Assembly: GCA_020852275.1 (NCBI GenBank)
Contig: JADZBE010000013.1
Location: 200,650 to 264,649 of the forward strand
DNA from: Phycisphaerales bacterium
GTDB lineage: Bacteria > Planctomycetota > Phycisphaerae > UBA1845
Length of the DNA stretch: 64,000 nucleotides
Direction: 5' to 3'
In this document: positions 34,085-42,310 of the stretch, piece after piece
Layout of the letters: each line of letters begins with the position of its first letter
How positions within the stretch are numbered: position 1 is the stretch's first letter
Translations under genes and position numbers: made by a program
Notes under the pieces: generated by a model
The model's database searches: none
Told to the model about the DNA's origin: nothing
Seen by the model: the letters and a program-made list of their open reading frames with translations, nothing else

Positions 34085-34921
34085 GTGGAACGGGCGGGCG
34101 AAAGGTGTGTGGGGTTGATCGCCAGCGCTGCCAACGAGTTCCTGCGGCCGCATCGGCGGACCGTGGGTTTGCGGGATATCCCCCTGGCGTTCTTCGCGCC
34201 GGGAAAGCTCTTCGCGCGCGTCGAGGACGTCAACGCCTACCTCTGGCCGCTCGTGGTCCTGCTGTGCGGCGTCACCCTGCTCGGCTACGCGACCATCGAA
34301 TCAGGCCTGATCGACCGCCAGGTTCAGGAGCTGATCGAAAAGCAGAAGGCTGAGTTCGAAAAGCTCCAGGTGGACGTGGTGGAGAAGCCGCAGCTCCGCA
34401 AGGCTCTGGAGGACCTCGACAAACAGGGCCAGTTTCTGCGACTGATGACCCGGCTTCAGGTTGTGGTGATGGCGCCGCTGGGCACGCTGGCGGCGATTCT
34501 GCTGCTCGGCGCCGTGTTCTATGGGCTGGTCGCACTGTGCGGGCGCAAGCCCGAGTGGAACACGCTGATGACCATCCTGACCTACGCCGGGTTCATCGAC
34601 CTGCTCAAGGGCGCGGTCACGCTGGCGCTTATGCTGCGCTACCACACGCTCAACGTGGACCTCACGCTCGGCGCGATCACCCGTCCCATTCATCTGGGGA
34701 ACGCCATGGCGGACATGGCCGTGGCGGCGCTGGGAGGGCTGCTGGCCGCGCTGGACCCGTTCGCGCTGTGGTTTTGGGTCGTCGTGATCGTCGGACTGAA
34801 AGTGACGGGTCAACTGAAGGGCTGGCTGCTGTGGACAAGCTGTCTGCTGATGATCTTCGTCGGCGCGGGGATGCGCGTGATGGGCGCGATGGCGATGCAG
34901 ATGTCGGCCGGCGCCAAGTAG
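34085..34921 (+). CDS. Yip1-like integral membrane protein
   Basis: Five hydrophobic segments plus a coiled-coil insert (QELIEKQKAEFEKLQVDVVEK). Family assignment from memory; start uncertain. Confidence 0.6.
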   Translation: MERAGERCVGLIASAANEFLRPHRRTVGLRDIPLAFFAPGKLFARVEDVNAYLWPLVVLLCGVTLLGYATIESGLIDRQVQELIEKQKAEFEKLQVDVVEKPQLRKALEDLDKQGQFLRLMTRLQVVVMAPLGTLAAILLLGAVFYGLVALCGRKPEWNTLMTILTYAGFIDLLKGAVTLALMLRYHTLNVDLTLGAITRPIHLGNAMADMAVAALGGLLAALDPFALWFWVVVIVGLKVTGQLKGWLLWTSCLLMIFVGAGMRVMGAMAMQMSAGAK

Positions 34922-34946
34922 GAGGTCGCCCGGGGAACCAGGGAGG

Positions 34947-35332
34947 GCACAGGTTTCCAGCCTGTGCAGTGTGGCACCGGTTTCCAACCGGTGATCTGTA
35001 GCACAGGTTTCCAACCTGTGCAGGTTGAACGTGTGGCACCGGTTTCCAACCGGTGGGCTGTAGCAGAGGTTTCCAACCTGTGCAGGATGAATGTGTGGCA
35101 CCGGTTTCCGACCGGTGATCCGGAGCACAGGTTTCCAACCTGTGCAGGTTGAACGTGTGGCACCGGTTTTCAACCGGTGGGCTGCAGCACAGGTTTCCAA
35201 CCTGTGCAGGTTGAACGTGTGGCACCGGTTTCCAACCGGTGGGCTGCGGCACAGGTTTCCAACCTGTGCAGGTTGAACGTGTGGCACCGGTTTCCAACCG
35301 GTGGGCTGTAGCACAGGTTTCCAACCAGTGCG
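34947..35332. repeat. Tandem array of 62-bp units (6 full plus truncated ends), each with two paralogous hairpins
   Basis: Units start at 34947 (54 nt), 35001, 35063, 35125, 35187, 35249, 35311 (partial). Consensus GCACAGGTTTCCAACCTGTGC AGGTTGAACGTGTG GCACCGGTTTCCAACCGGTGG GCTGTA. Confidence 0.95.
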
Positions 35333-35408
35333 ATTTGTGAGGCAACCGGCAGGCCAAGAGAAGGCGGAGATCGCGCAGCGTCCAAGACGGCGCTGAGCGG
35401 AGGCATTC

Positions 35409-36854
35409 ATGCGAACATTGATCGGCATCGTGATTCTGGGCGCCATCGTCGGCGGACTGTATGCCCTGAACCGCTACACGCGCGACGAGTCGGGCAAGAG
35501 CATGTTGAACGTCGCCGGCGAAATGCCCGTCGAGGTGCAGTGCGCCAAGCCCGTGCAGCGCGACATCGTCAAGACCGTCCAGGCGCCGGGCGAGGTCGAG
35601 GCCTTCCTTGAGGTGGACATCAGCGCCGAAGTCGTGGCCAAGATCATCGAAATGCCTGTCGAGGAGGGCGACCTCGTCAAGAAAGGCGACCTGCTCAGCC
35701 GGCTCGACGACGCCGACTACCGCGCTCGCCTTCGCCAGGCACAGGCCAACGTGGAGAAGCTCAAGGCCGCCATCCTCCAGGGCGAGGCCGACCACGAGAA
35801 AGCCGACCGCGACCTCAAGCATCAGATCAGCCTGTCCGAATCCGACGCCACCTCGGCGCTGGAGCTGGCCGACTACCGCACGACCGCGGTGCGTGCGAAG
35901 GCGGCGCTGGAGATCCGCAAACAGGAGCTGATCGAAGCGGAGTCGCTGCTCGAGGCGGCCAAGGAGGACCTTGCCAAGACGGTCATCACCTCGCCCATTG
36001 ACGGCCTGGTCGCGCAGCGTTTCGCCAAGGCGGGCGAGGTGGTCATCACCGGCACGATGAACAACCCCGGCACGCGCATCATGGTGATCAGCGACCTGTC
36101 CAAAATGCAGGTCCGCTGCCGCGTGGACGAGTCCGACGTGCCGAGCGTCAAACAGGGCCAGCCTGCCAAGATCTTTCTCCAATCCGACATGTACAAGGGC
36201 GTCTCGGGACAGGTGTATCGCGTCGCCTCCAAGGGCACGCGCGCCACGGGGCGCGACGTGGTCACGTTTGAGACGCTCATCCTCGTCGATTCGCCGGAGG
36301 AGCGCATCAAGCCCGGCATGAACGCCAACGTCGAGATCGAAGTGCAGCGCCGCGACGACGCCCTGACCATCCCCGTCCAGGCCGTCGTGCAGCGTAAGCG
36401 CAAGGACCTGCCCGCCAAGCTCCTTGAGGAGTTCGACGCCGAGTCCGCGAAAAACGCCGAGGTGACGACCTCTTCCGAAAAGCGCCGCCAGGCCGAGTAC
36501 ATGAAGGTCGTCTTCTGCAACGTGCGCGACCGCTCGCAGGCCAAGCTCGTGCGCACGGGCATCAGCGACGAGACCAGCGTGGAGATCACCTCCGGGCTTA
36601 AGGCGGAAGATGCCGTTGTCGTCGGCCCGTTTCGCAGCCTCGATCAGCTCAAGCACGACTCCCCGGTGAAGAAGGAGGAGGAGGACAAGAGCAAGACCGG
36701 CGCGAAGAAGGACGAGAAGGAAAAGAGCGCGTCGGGGCCTGATGCGAACGCCAACGCGAATGCCAACGGCAACGCCAACGACAACGGGGCGGATGCGGCG
36801 GTGGGCGCCGAGGAAAAGGTCGCGTCTTCAACGGATGGAGCGCCGTCGCCATGA
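35409..36854 (+). CDS. Efflux transporter periplasmic adaptor subunit (HlyD/MacA/DevB family)
   Basis: N-terminal TM, biotinyl-lipoyl-like and coiled-coil hairpin regions (RARLRQAQANVEKLKAA...), beta-barrel domain. GGAGG SD before ATG 35409. Confidence 0.9.
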   Translation: MRTLIGIVILGAIVGGLYALNRYTRDESGKSMLNVAGEMPVEVQCAKPVQRDIVKTVQAPGEVEAFLEVDISAEVVAKIIEMPVEEGDLVKKGDLLSRLDDADYRARLRQAQANVEKLKAAILQGEADHEKADRDLKHQISLSESDATSALELADYRTTAVRAKAALEIRKQELIEAESLLEAAKEDLAKTVITSPIDGLVAQRFAKAGEVVITGTMNNPGTRIMVISDLSKMQVRCRVDESDVPSVKQGQPAKIFLQSDMYKGVSGQVYRVASKGTRATGRDVVTFETLILVDSPEERIKPGMNANVEIEVQRRDDALTIPVQAVVQRKRKDLPAKLLEEFDAESAKNAEVTTSSEKRRQAEYMKVVFCNVRDRSQAKLVRTGISDETSVEITSGLKAEDAVVVGPFRSLDQLKHDSPVKKEEEDKSKTGAKKDEKEKSASGPDANANANANGNANDNGADAAVGAEEKVASSTDGAPSP

Positions 36855-37756
36855 CCCCGCCGGCCACGACCGATCACGCCGCCGGCGCCGCGATGCCCGA
36901 CTCGGCGATGCCCGAAGCCGCGATGCCCGAAGCCGCGGCGCGAGGTGCGCCCACTGATTCGGGTGCCGTTGGCGTAGGGCGGGCTATGCCCGCCGCTGCG
37001 GAAGGCTTGGGAGCGGTGCTGCCTGCTCCGGGAGAACTTGCTCCGCCTGCTCCCGCCGCGACGCACGCTGCGCCGGTCATCGAACTGCTCGACGTGCACA
37101 AGACCTACCGCGTCGGCACGGAGCTGATCCGCGCCCTGCGCGGCGTGACGCTTACCATCCGCGAGAACGAGTACGTCGCCATCATGGGCGCCTCCGGAAG
37201 CGGCAAGAGCACGATGCTCAACATCCTCGGCTGCCTCGACGTGCCCACGCGCGGCGAGTACCGCATCGGCGGCGTCGATGTCGCGCGGCTCTCCCAGAGC
37301 AAGCTCGCGGCCATCCGCAGCCTGCGCATCGGTTTCGTCTTTCAGTCTTTCGAACTGCTGCCGCGGACCACGGCGCTGAAGAACGTCGAGCTGCCGCTGG
37401 TGTACAGCCACGCGCGCAAGCGCCGACAGCGCGCCATCGAGGCCTTGCGCCGCGTCGGTCTGCTGGATCGCGCCCTGCATCACCCCAACCAGCTTTCCGG
37501 CGGTCAGAAGCAGCGCGTCGCCATCGCCCGCGCGCTCGCGCAGGAGCCGGACATCATCCTCGCCGACGAGCCGACCGGAAACCTCGATAGCCAGACGGGC
37601 GAGGAAATCATGGCCGTCTTCGACCAGCTCCATCGCGAGGGGCAGACCATCATTATTGTCACGCATGAGGATGATATCGCCAAGCATTGCAAACGGGTGA
37701 TCCGGCTGAAAGACGGAATGGTGGACGTGGATACAACAAATCCGCACTCGCGCTGA
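36851..37756 (+). CDS. ABC transporter ATP-binding protein (MacB/LolD/DevA-type)
   Basis: IELLDVHKTY, Walker A GASGSGKST, signature LSGGQKQR, Walker B IILADEPT. Maximal ORF starts ATG 36851 (ATGA overlap), but the first ~55 codons are repeat DNA, so GTG 37016 or ATG 36986 are plausible real starts. Confidence 0.88.
   Translation: MTPPATTDHAAGAAMPDSAMPEAAMPEAAARGAPTDSGAVGVGRAMPAAAEGLGAVLPAPGELAPPAPAATHAAPVIELLDVHKTYRVGTELIRALRGVTLTIRENEYVAIMGASGSGKSTMLNILGCLDVPTRGEYRIGGVDVARLSQSKLAAIRSLRIGFVFQSFELLPRTTALKNVELPLVYSHARKRRQRAIEALRRVGLLDRALHHPNQLSGGQKQRVAIARALAQEPDIILADEPTGNLDSQTGEEIMAVFDQLHREGQTIIIVTHEDDIAKHCKRVIRLKDGMVDVDTTNPHSR
36890..36934. repeat. 15-bp tandem repeat x3 in the adaptor/ATPase junction
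   Basis: GCGATGCCCGACTCG GCGATGCCCGAAGCC GCGATGCCCGAAGCC. Confidence 0.85.
36974..36994. repeat. Single copy of the GGCGGGC-TAT-GCCCGCC hairpin element
   Basis: GTAGGGCGGGCTATGCCCGCC, identical to the left arm of the element at 53135-53156. Confidence 0.85.
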
Positions 37757-37785
37757 CGTGTGAACGGAATGTCGCAAGGAACCCA

Positions 37786-39171
37786 ATGACCACAATACGG
37801 ATTATCAGCATTATTGCTTGTGCATCGCTCGCCCGAGCGGGACAGGCCCGGCAGTTCGGCGTTCCGACGGAGTGGACCTGGCCGCAGTTTCGCGGAGCCG
37901 GCGCCTCCGGCGTCGCCGACGGCCATCGCACACCCGTCGCATGGGACGCCGCCGCGGGTCAGAACATCCGCTGGAAAACGCCGATCCCCGGACTGTCGCA
38001 CGCTTCTCCCATCGTCTGGGGCGACCGCCTCTTTATCACCACCGCCGTTGCCACCGGCAAGGAGCCGGAGCTGAAGATCGGCCTGTATGGCGCCGGCGAC
38101 TCGGCCGACGACATGGTGGAGCATGCGTTCAAGGTGTACGCGCTCGACAGGAATACCGGGAGCATGGTCTGGGAGCGGACGGCGCACACGGGCGTTCCCA
38201 AGGTCAAGCGCCATACGAAAGCCACGCACTGCAACTCCACGCCCGCCACGGACGGCCGCCACGTTGTCGCGCTGTTCGGCTCGGAAGGATTGTATTGCTA
38301 CGACTTTGATGGCAAGCTTCTCTGGCAGAAGGACCTGGGCATCCTCGACGTCGGTCCATACAACGCGCTCGAACTGCAATGGGGTTTCGCCAGCTCGCCC
38401 ATTATCCACGAGGGCAAAGTGATCGTGCAGGCCGACGTCAAGAAAGACCCGTTTCTTGCGGCGTTGGACGTGGAGAGCGGCAAGGAGCTGTGGCGCGTGG
38501 CGCGCGATGACGTGCCGGGCTGGGGCACGCCCACCGCCTACGGCCAAGGCGCCGAAGCGCGCGTGCTGGTCAACGGCTGCAAGCACATGGGCGGATATGA
38601 CCTCGCCACCGGCAAGGAGACGTGGCGCCTGTCCGGCGGCGGCGGCATTCCCGTGCCCGCGCCCGTCGTTTCCGGCGACCTGATCTTCCTGACGAGCAAC
38701 CATCAGCCCCTTAATCCAACAGATCCGCCGCAGCCCATCTTCGCCATCAAGACCCGTGCGTCCGGCGACATCAGCACGCCGCCCGGAGGAGGTCTGAATG
38801 CAAGCGTGGCCTGGCTCCTGACGCAGCGGGGCAGCTACATGCAGACGCCGCTCGTCTATCAGGGCATCCTGTATGTGGGCAAGGACAACGGAATTGTCGC
38901 CGCCTATGACGCCGCCACCGGCGAGCAGAAATGGCGTGAGCGCATTGCCGAAAGCTCGTCCGCCTTCACCGCCTCTCCCGTGGCTGCGGATGGCAAAGTC
39001 TATTACACGAGTGAATCCGGGGATGTCATAGTGCTCAAGAGCGGACCCGTATTCGAGAAGCTCGGCGCAGGAAAGCTCGGCGAATCATGTTTGTCCACGC
39101 CGGCCATCGCCCGGGGGACGCTCTACTTTCATACGCGCGCGAACATCGTGGCCGTGGCGGAATCGCAATAG
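37786..39171 (+). CDS. Secreted PQQ-like (BamB-type) beta-propeller repeat protein
   Basis: Likely start ATG 37786 with signal peptide MTTIRIISIIACASLARA. Repeated W-x-n-G-x-SSP/TP blades (ASPIVWGDRLFI, STPAIARGTLYF). Confidence 0.85.
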   Translation: MTTIRIISIIACASLARAGQARQFGVPTEWTWPQFRGAGASGVADGHRTPVAWDAAAGQNIRWKTPIPGLSHASPIVWGDRLFITTAVATGKEPELKIGLYGAGDSADDMVEHAFKVYALDRNTGSMVWERTAHTGVPKVKRHTKATHCNSTPATDGRHVVALFGSEGLYCYDFDGKLLWQKDLGILDVGPYNALELQWGFASSPIIHEGKVIVQADVKKDPFLAALDVESGKELWRVARDDVPGWGTPTAYGQGAEARVLVNGCKHMGGYDLATGKETWRLSGGGGIPVPAPVVSGDLIFLTSNHQPLNPTDPPQPIFAIKTRASGDISTPPGGGLNASVAWLLTQRGSYMQTPLVYQGILYVGKDNGIVAAYDAATGEQKWRERIAESSSAFTASPVAADGKVYYTSESGDVIVLKSGPVFEKLGAGKLGESCLSTPAIARGTLYFHTRANIVAVAESQ

Positions 39172-39333
39172 GAACTGTCCTCCTGATATGAACGCAAACC
39201 TTGGCGTGTGTTTCATGATGCCAAAGCATCGTTGTAGTTATCCTCACCACAACCAGGTCTCCGGGGTGAGTTTCCGGCCGGGAAACCGCACTGCGACCCG
39301 TTGCGGCGGCGTACGGACTCCCATATTGACTGT

Positions 39334-39354
39334 TTGCCATTTGCCATTTGCCAT
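39334..39354. repeat. Heptamer tandem repeat (TTGCCAT x3) 10 nt upstream of the permease start
   Basis: TTGCCAT TTGCCAT TTGCCAT read directly. Confidence 0.85.
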
Positions 39355-39363
39355 TTAATTACC

Positions 39364-40626
39364 ATGCTCAGCGCCATCGGCTCAATCGTGTTCTTCGTTC
39401 CCCGTCAGCTTTCCGCGCTGGCGCACAACGTCCTCACCGCTTTTGTGCAGATCTGGGCGAACAAGGTGCGTTCGCTGCTGACGGTGCTGGGCATCATCAT
39501 CGCCGTCACCTCCATCATCGTGGTCGTTTCCTTCGTGCAGGGATTTGGCGAATACGTCACCAACTTCCTGCGCGGGCTGGGCACGAACCTTATGGTGGTT
39601 TACCCGGAGTCGCAGCGTGGACCGCGCGGCGAGCGCCTCCGACCGGCCGAGATGCACATTCAAGACGTCCAGGCCGTCACCGAATTGTGTTCGTCCGTGC
39701 AGCGAACGACCCCCATTGTCTGGACGCGTGCCGCCGTCGAGTACGGGCGCGAGCGCCTCGACGGCGTCGAACTCGTCGGCGCGGCCGAGCAGTTCCAGCC
39801 GATCCGCAACTTCTACTGCGACGTCGGGCGGTTCTTTGGCGCGATGGACGTGGAAAACGCCGCGCAGGTTTGCGTCATTGGGCGCGAGACCCTGCGCAAG
39901 CTCGAAGCCGACGAGGGCATCCTCAACGAGTTCATTCACCTTGACGGGCAGCGGTTCCGCGTCATCGGCATCCTTGAAACCAAGGGCAGCTTCATGGGCG
40001 AGAACCAGGACGACCAGATCCTCATGCCTTGGACCACCGGCGTGAAGATGTACCCCATGTTCCGCGACTATATGGCGTTTTACGTCGAAGCCGTCGAGGA
40101 GAAGAAGGTCGCCGAGGCCGAGGCGCAGATCGTCCGCGTCCTGCGTCAGCGGCATGACATTCAGCCGGGCGAGGCCAACGACTTCGGCATTTTCAAGCAG
40201 GACCAGATCCTCAAGGAGTTCGGCACCATCCGGCTCTACGCCACGAGCGTCCTGGCGGGCATCGTCAGCATTTCACTGCTGGTGGGCGGCATCGGCATCA
40301 TGAACGTGATGCTCGTGTCGGTCACCGAGCGGACGCGCGAGATCGGGCTGCGCAAGAGCGTCGGCGCGCGGCGGCGCGACATCCTGCTCCAGTTCCTCAC
40401 CGAGGCCGTCGTGCTCAGCACGCTCGGCGGCGCCATCGGCATTGGGCTGGGCTACGCCGTCGGCTACGTGGCTTCACTCCACCCCAGCATGGTTCCGGTG
40501 AAAGTGCCGCTGTGGTCGATCGCGCTGGCGCTGGGATTCTCAGCCGGGGTGGGCGTGTTTTTCGGCATCGTCCCCGCGTTCAAGGCCGCCATCCTGCACC
40601 CGATCGACGCCCTGCGGCACGAATAA
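39364..40626 (+). CDS. ABC transporter permease (MacB/FtsX-like, DevC-type)
   Basis: Likely start ATG 39364. MacB_PCD-type periplasmic domain between TM1 and TM2. C-terminal FtsX domain (TERTREIGLRKSVGARRRDILLQFLTEA). Confidence 0.9.
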   Translation: MLSAIGSIVFFVPRQLSALAHNVLTAFVQIWANKVRSLLTVLGIIIAVTSIIVVVSFVQGFGEYVTNFLRGLGTNLMVVYPESQRGPRGERLRPAEMHIQDVQAVTELCSSVQRTTPIVWTRAAVEYGRERLDGVELVGAAEQFQPIRNFYCDVGRFFGAMDVENAAQVCVIGRETLRKLEADEGILNEFIHLDGQRFRVIGILETKGSFMGENQDDQILMPWTTGVKMYPMFRDYMAFYVEAVEEKKVAEAEAQIVRVLRQRHDIQPGEANDFGIFKQDQILKEFGTIRLYATSVLAGIVSISLLVGGIGIMNVMLVSVTERTREIGLRKSVGARRRDILLQFLTEAVVLSTLGGAIGIGLGYAVGYVASLHPSMVPVKVPLWSIALALGFSAGVGVFFGIVPAFKAAILHPIDALRHE

Positions 40627-40657
40627 GGCACGGCGACACTCCCGCGGCGGAAAGCGG

Positions 40658-40714
40658 CAGGGTGGCATGCTCTCGCCAGGGTGGCGTGCTCTCGCCAGGG
40701 TGGCATGCTCTCGC
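40658..40714. repeat. 19-bp tandem repeat x3 between convergent genes
   Basis: CAGGGTGGC(A/G)TGCTCTCGC at 40658-40676, 40677-40695, 40696-40714. Confidence 0.9.
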
Positions 40715-40733
40715 CGTACTCGGCGTGAGCATG
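40704..40733. terminator. 13-bp-stem hairpin formed by the last repeat unit and an inverted partial copy (possible bidirectional terminator)
   Basis: CATGCTCTCGCCG-TACT-CGGCGTGAGCATG (1 mismatch). No U-tract, so function is inferred only from position between convergent stop codons (40626 and 40748). Confidence 0.35.
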
Positions 40734-40747
40734 TCGTCTCCCCTGGG

Positions 40748-42193
40748 CTACACCGCCTGGCCACCTGCTGCGCGTGAAGCCGTGCCAGACAGACGCAGGT
40801 GCTCCACTCCCGCCCGCGCCACGATGGGATCAAACTGCCGGCCTGCGCCGGCGCGCAGCTCGTCGATCACCCGGTCCACGCTGTACGCGTCTTTGTAGCT
40901 GCGGCGCGAGAGCATCGCGTCCATCGAGTCCGCCACGGCAAGGATCCGCGCGCCGAACGGGATGCGCTCCCCGGCCAGCCCGTCGGGGTAGCCCTGACCG
41001 TCAAAGCGTTCGTGGTGGTGCAGGATCAGCGGCAGCGCCGCGCGCAGACCGGGCAGATGCCCGAGGATATCCATCGCCGTCCGCGGATGCCGCTGCACCA
41101 CGAGGAACTCCTCATCCGTCAGCGGTCCAGGCTTGGTCAGAATGGCGTCCGGCACGCCGATCTTGCCCACGTCGTGCAAAACCGCCGCCTGCTGCAGCAC
41201 CATCCCCTGACGCGGCGAGAGCCGCAGCCGCCGGCCCAGCGCGTCCGCGTGCTGCGCCACCGTGGTCGAATGCCGGCTCGTGAACGGATCCTTCGCCTCC
41301 ACGGCCGCCACCAGCGCCCGCGTGGACTGCTCCCCCATTTCGTGAAGCTGCGCGCGAATTCGCCCGAAGCTCGCGGCCGCCTGATCGAGCGGATCAAGCG
41401 ACGTCCCCGGCACTGCGCCGCTCAACTGACGAATGGCGGACCACGCCGTGACCCGCTGCTCTTGATGCAGCTTACAGTGGCTCAGCGCCGCACGCGCGCG
41501 TTCGAGCACGGCGTGGGCCGACGAGGTCACCCGCGGATCGCACGTCACCAGCCCGACACGCAGCTCGACCGGGCGATGCACCGTCGCCTCCAGGACCGGA
41601 CAGGCGCGCGCCGCAAGCAGAATCCGCTCCGCCAGTTCCACCGCCGCCGTTTCGCCCGTGCCCGGCCAGGACGACAGGAAGCGATCGCCTTCATATCGCA
41701 CGACCAGCCCGATGTCCCGCGTCACCTCCGCGATCACATCCGCCACACAGCCGAGCACTTCATCCGCCGCGCGCGGTGAGAGCAGCTCGTTGAATTCATG
41801 GAACCGGTCCACGTCGAATAGCGCGACCGACAGTTCACGCGGGCGGTTAAAGCACGCCGCCCGCTCGATGGCGTAGTGCTCGAGGAAATGCCGCGGTCCC
41901 GGCAGAGGCCTGCGGAAGCGGAGTCGAAGGCGCCCGGCAGGCGCCGTCGTTCGGGCCGGCGGCGTCCTCCCGGCGGGCCGTGTGATGTGGATATCCCGGA
42001 CGATCACGAATGCTCCTGCCAGCTCGAACCGCGAAGCCCCTGTCGGGGCCGCGAGGCTCTCCTCCGCGCGATGCTCGCCACGGGGCAAGCCGCGCGCCTC
42101 GGCGAGCGTTGACACCGCTGCGTTCCTGCATGGCTCTGCCCACCTATCGTCGGGGCCTACGATGTGCTTTGACCGCGTGATGCGGCCCGGCAC
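40748..42193 (-). CDS. Degenerate GGDEF domain fused to HD-GYP phosphodiesterase domain
   Basis: LFDVDRFHEFNE...RYEGDRF (GGDEF site replaced by EGDRF). HD-GYP domain HSTTVAQHA, LHDVGKIGVPD, HHERFDGQGYPDG. Start uncertain. Confidence 0.85.
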   Translation of the reverse strand: MPGRITRSKHIVGPDDRWAEPCRNAAVSTLAEARGLPRGEHRAEESLAAPTGASRFELAGAFVIVRDIHITRPAGRTPPARTTAPAGRLRLRFRRPLPGPRHFLEHYAIERAACFNRPRELSVALFDVDRFHEFNELLSPRAADEVLGCVADVIAEVTRDIGLVVRYEGDRFLSSWPGTGETAAVELAERILLAARACPVLEATVHRPVELRVGLVTCDPRVTSSAHAVLERARAALSHCKLHQEQRVTAWSAIRQLSGAVPGTSLDPLDQAAASFGRIRAQLHEMGEQSTRALVAAVEAKDPFTSRHSTTVAQHADALGRRLRLSPRQGMVLQQAAVLHDVGKIGVPDAILTKPGPLTDEEFLVVQRHPRTAMDILGHLPGLRAALPLILHHHERFDGQGYPDGLAGERIPFGARILAVADSMDAMLSRRSYKDAYSVDRVIDELRAGAGRQFDPIVARAGVEHLRLSGTASRAAGGQAV

Positions 42194-42310
42194 CGGTAAC
42201 GAATCGCGTCCGGAGAAGTCGTCTGAGTAAACGTCGATCGGCGAGCAGCGGTGGCAACGTCTGATCGGACGCGGGCGTGCAGGGCGGTGGGCAGGCTGAA
42301 ATCGCCGGTG

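Noticed and set aside
34947-35332. Possible CRISPR array (regular short repeats with palindromic cores)
   Set aside because: The whole 62-bp unit repeats, including the inter-hairpin segments. There are no unique spacers, and no cas genes or leader in the window.
34301-36656. Long minus-strand ORFs (34301..35446, 34677..36656, 34810..35163) encoding repeated GWKPVP / LETCA peptides
   Set aside because: They cross the 62-bp array, whose period is not divisible by 3, so the peptide repeats change frame. Beyond the array they are antisense to the well-supported adaptor gene. No family features.
36644-38703. Minus-strand ORFs 36644..37795 and 37504..38703
   Set aside because: Antisense to the ABC ATPase (Walker A/B and signature motifs) and the beta-propeller gene.
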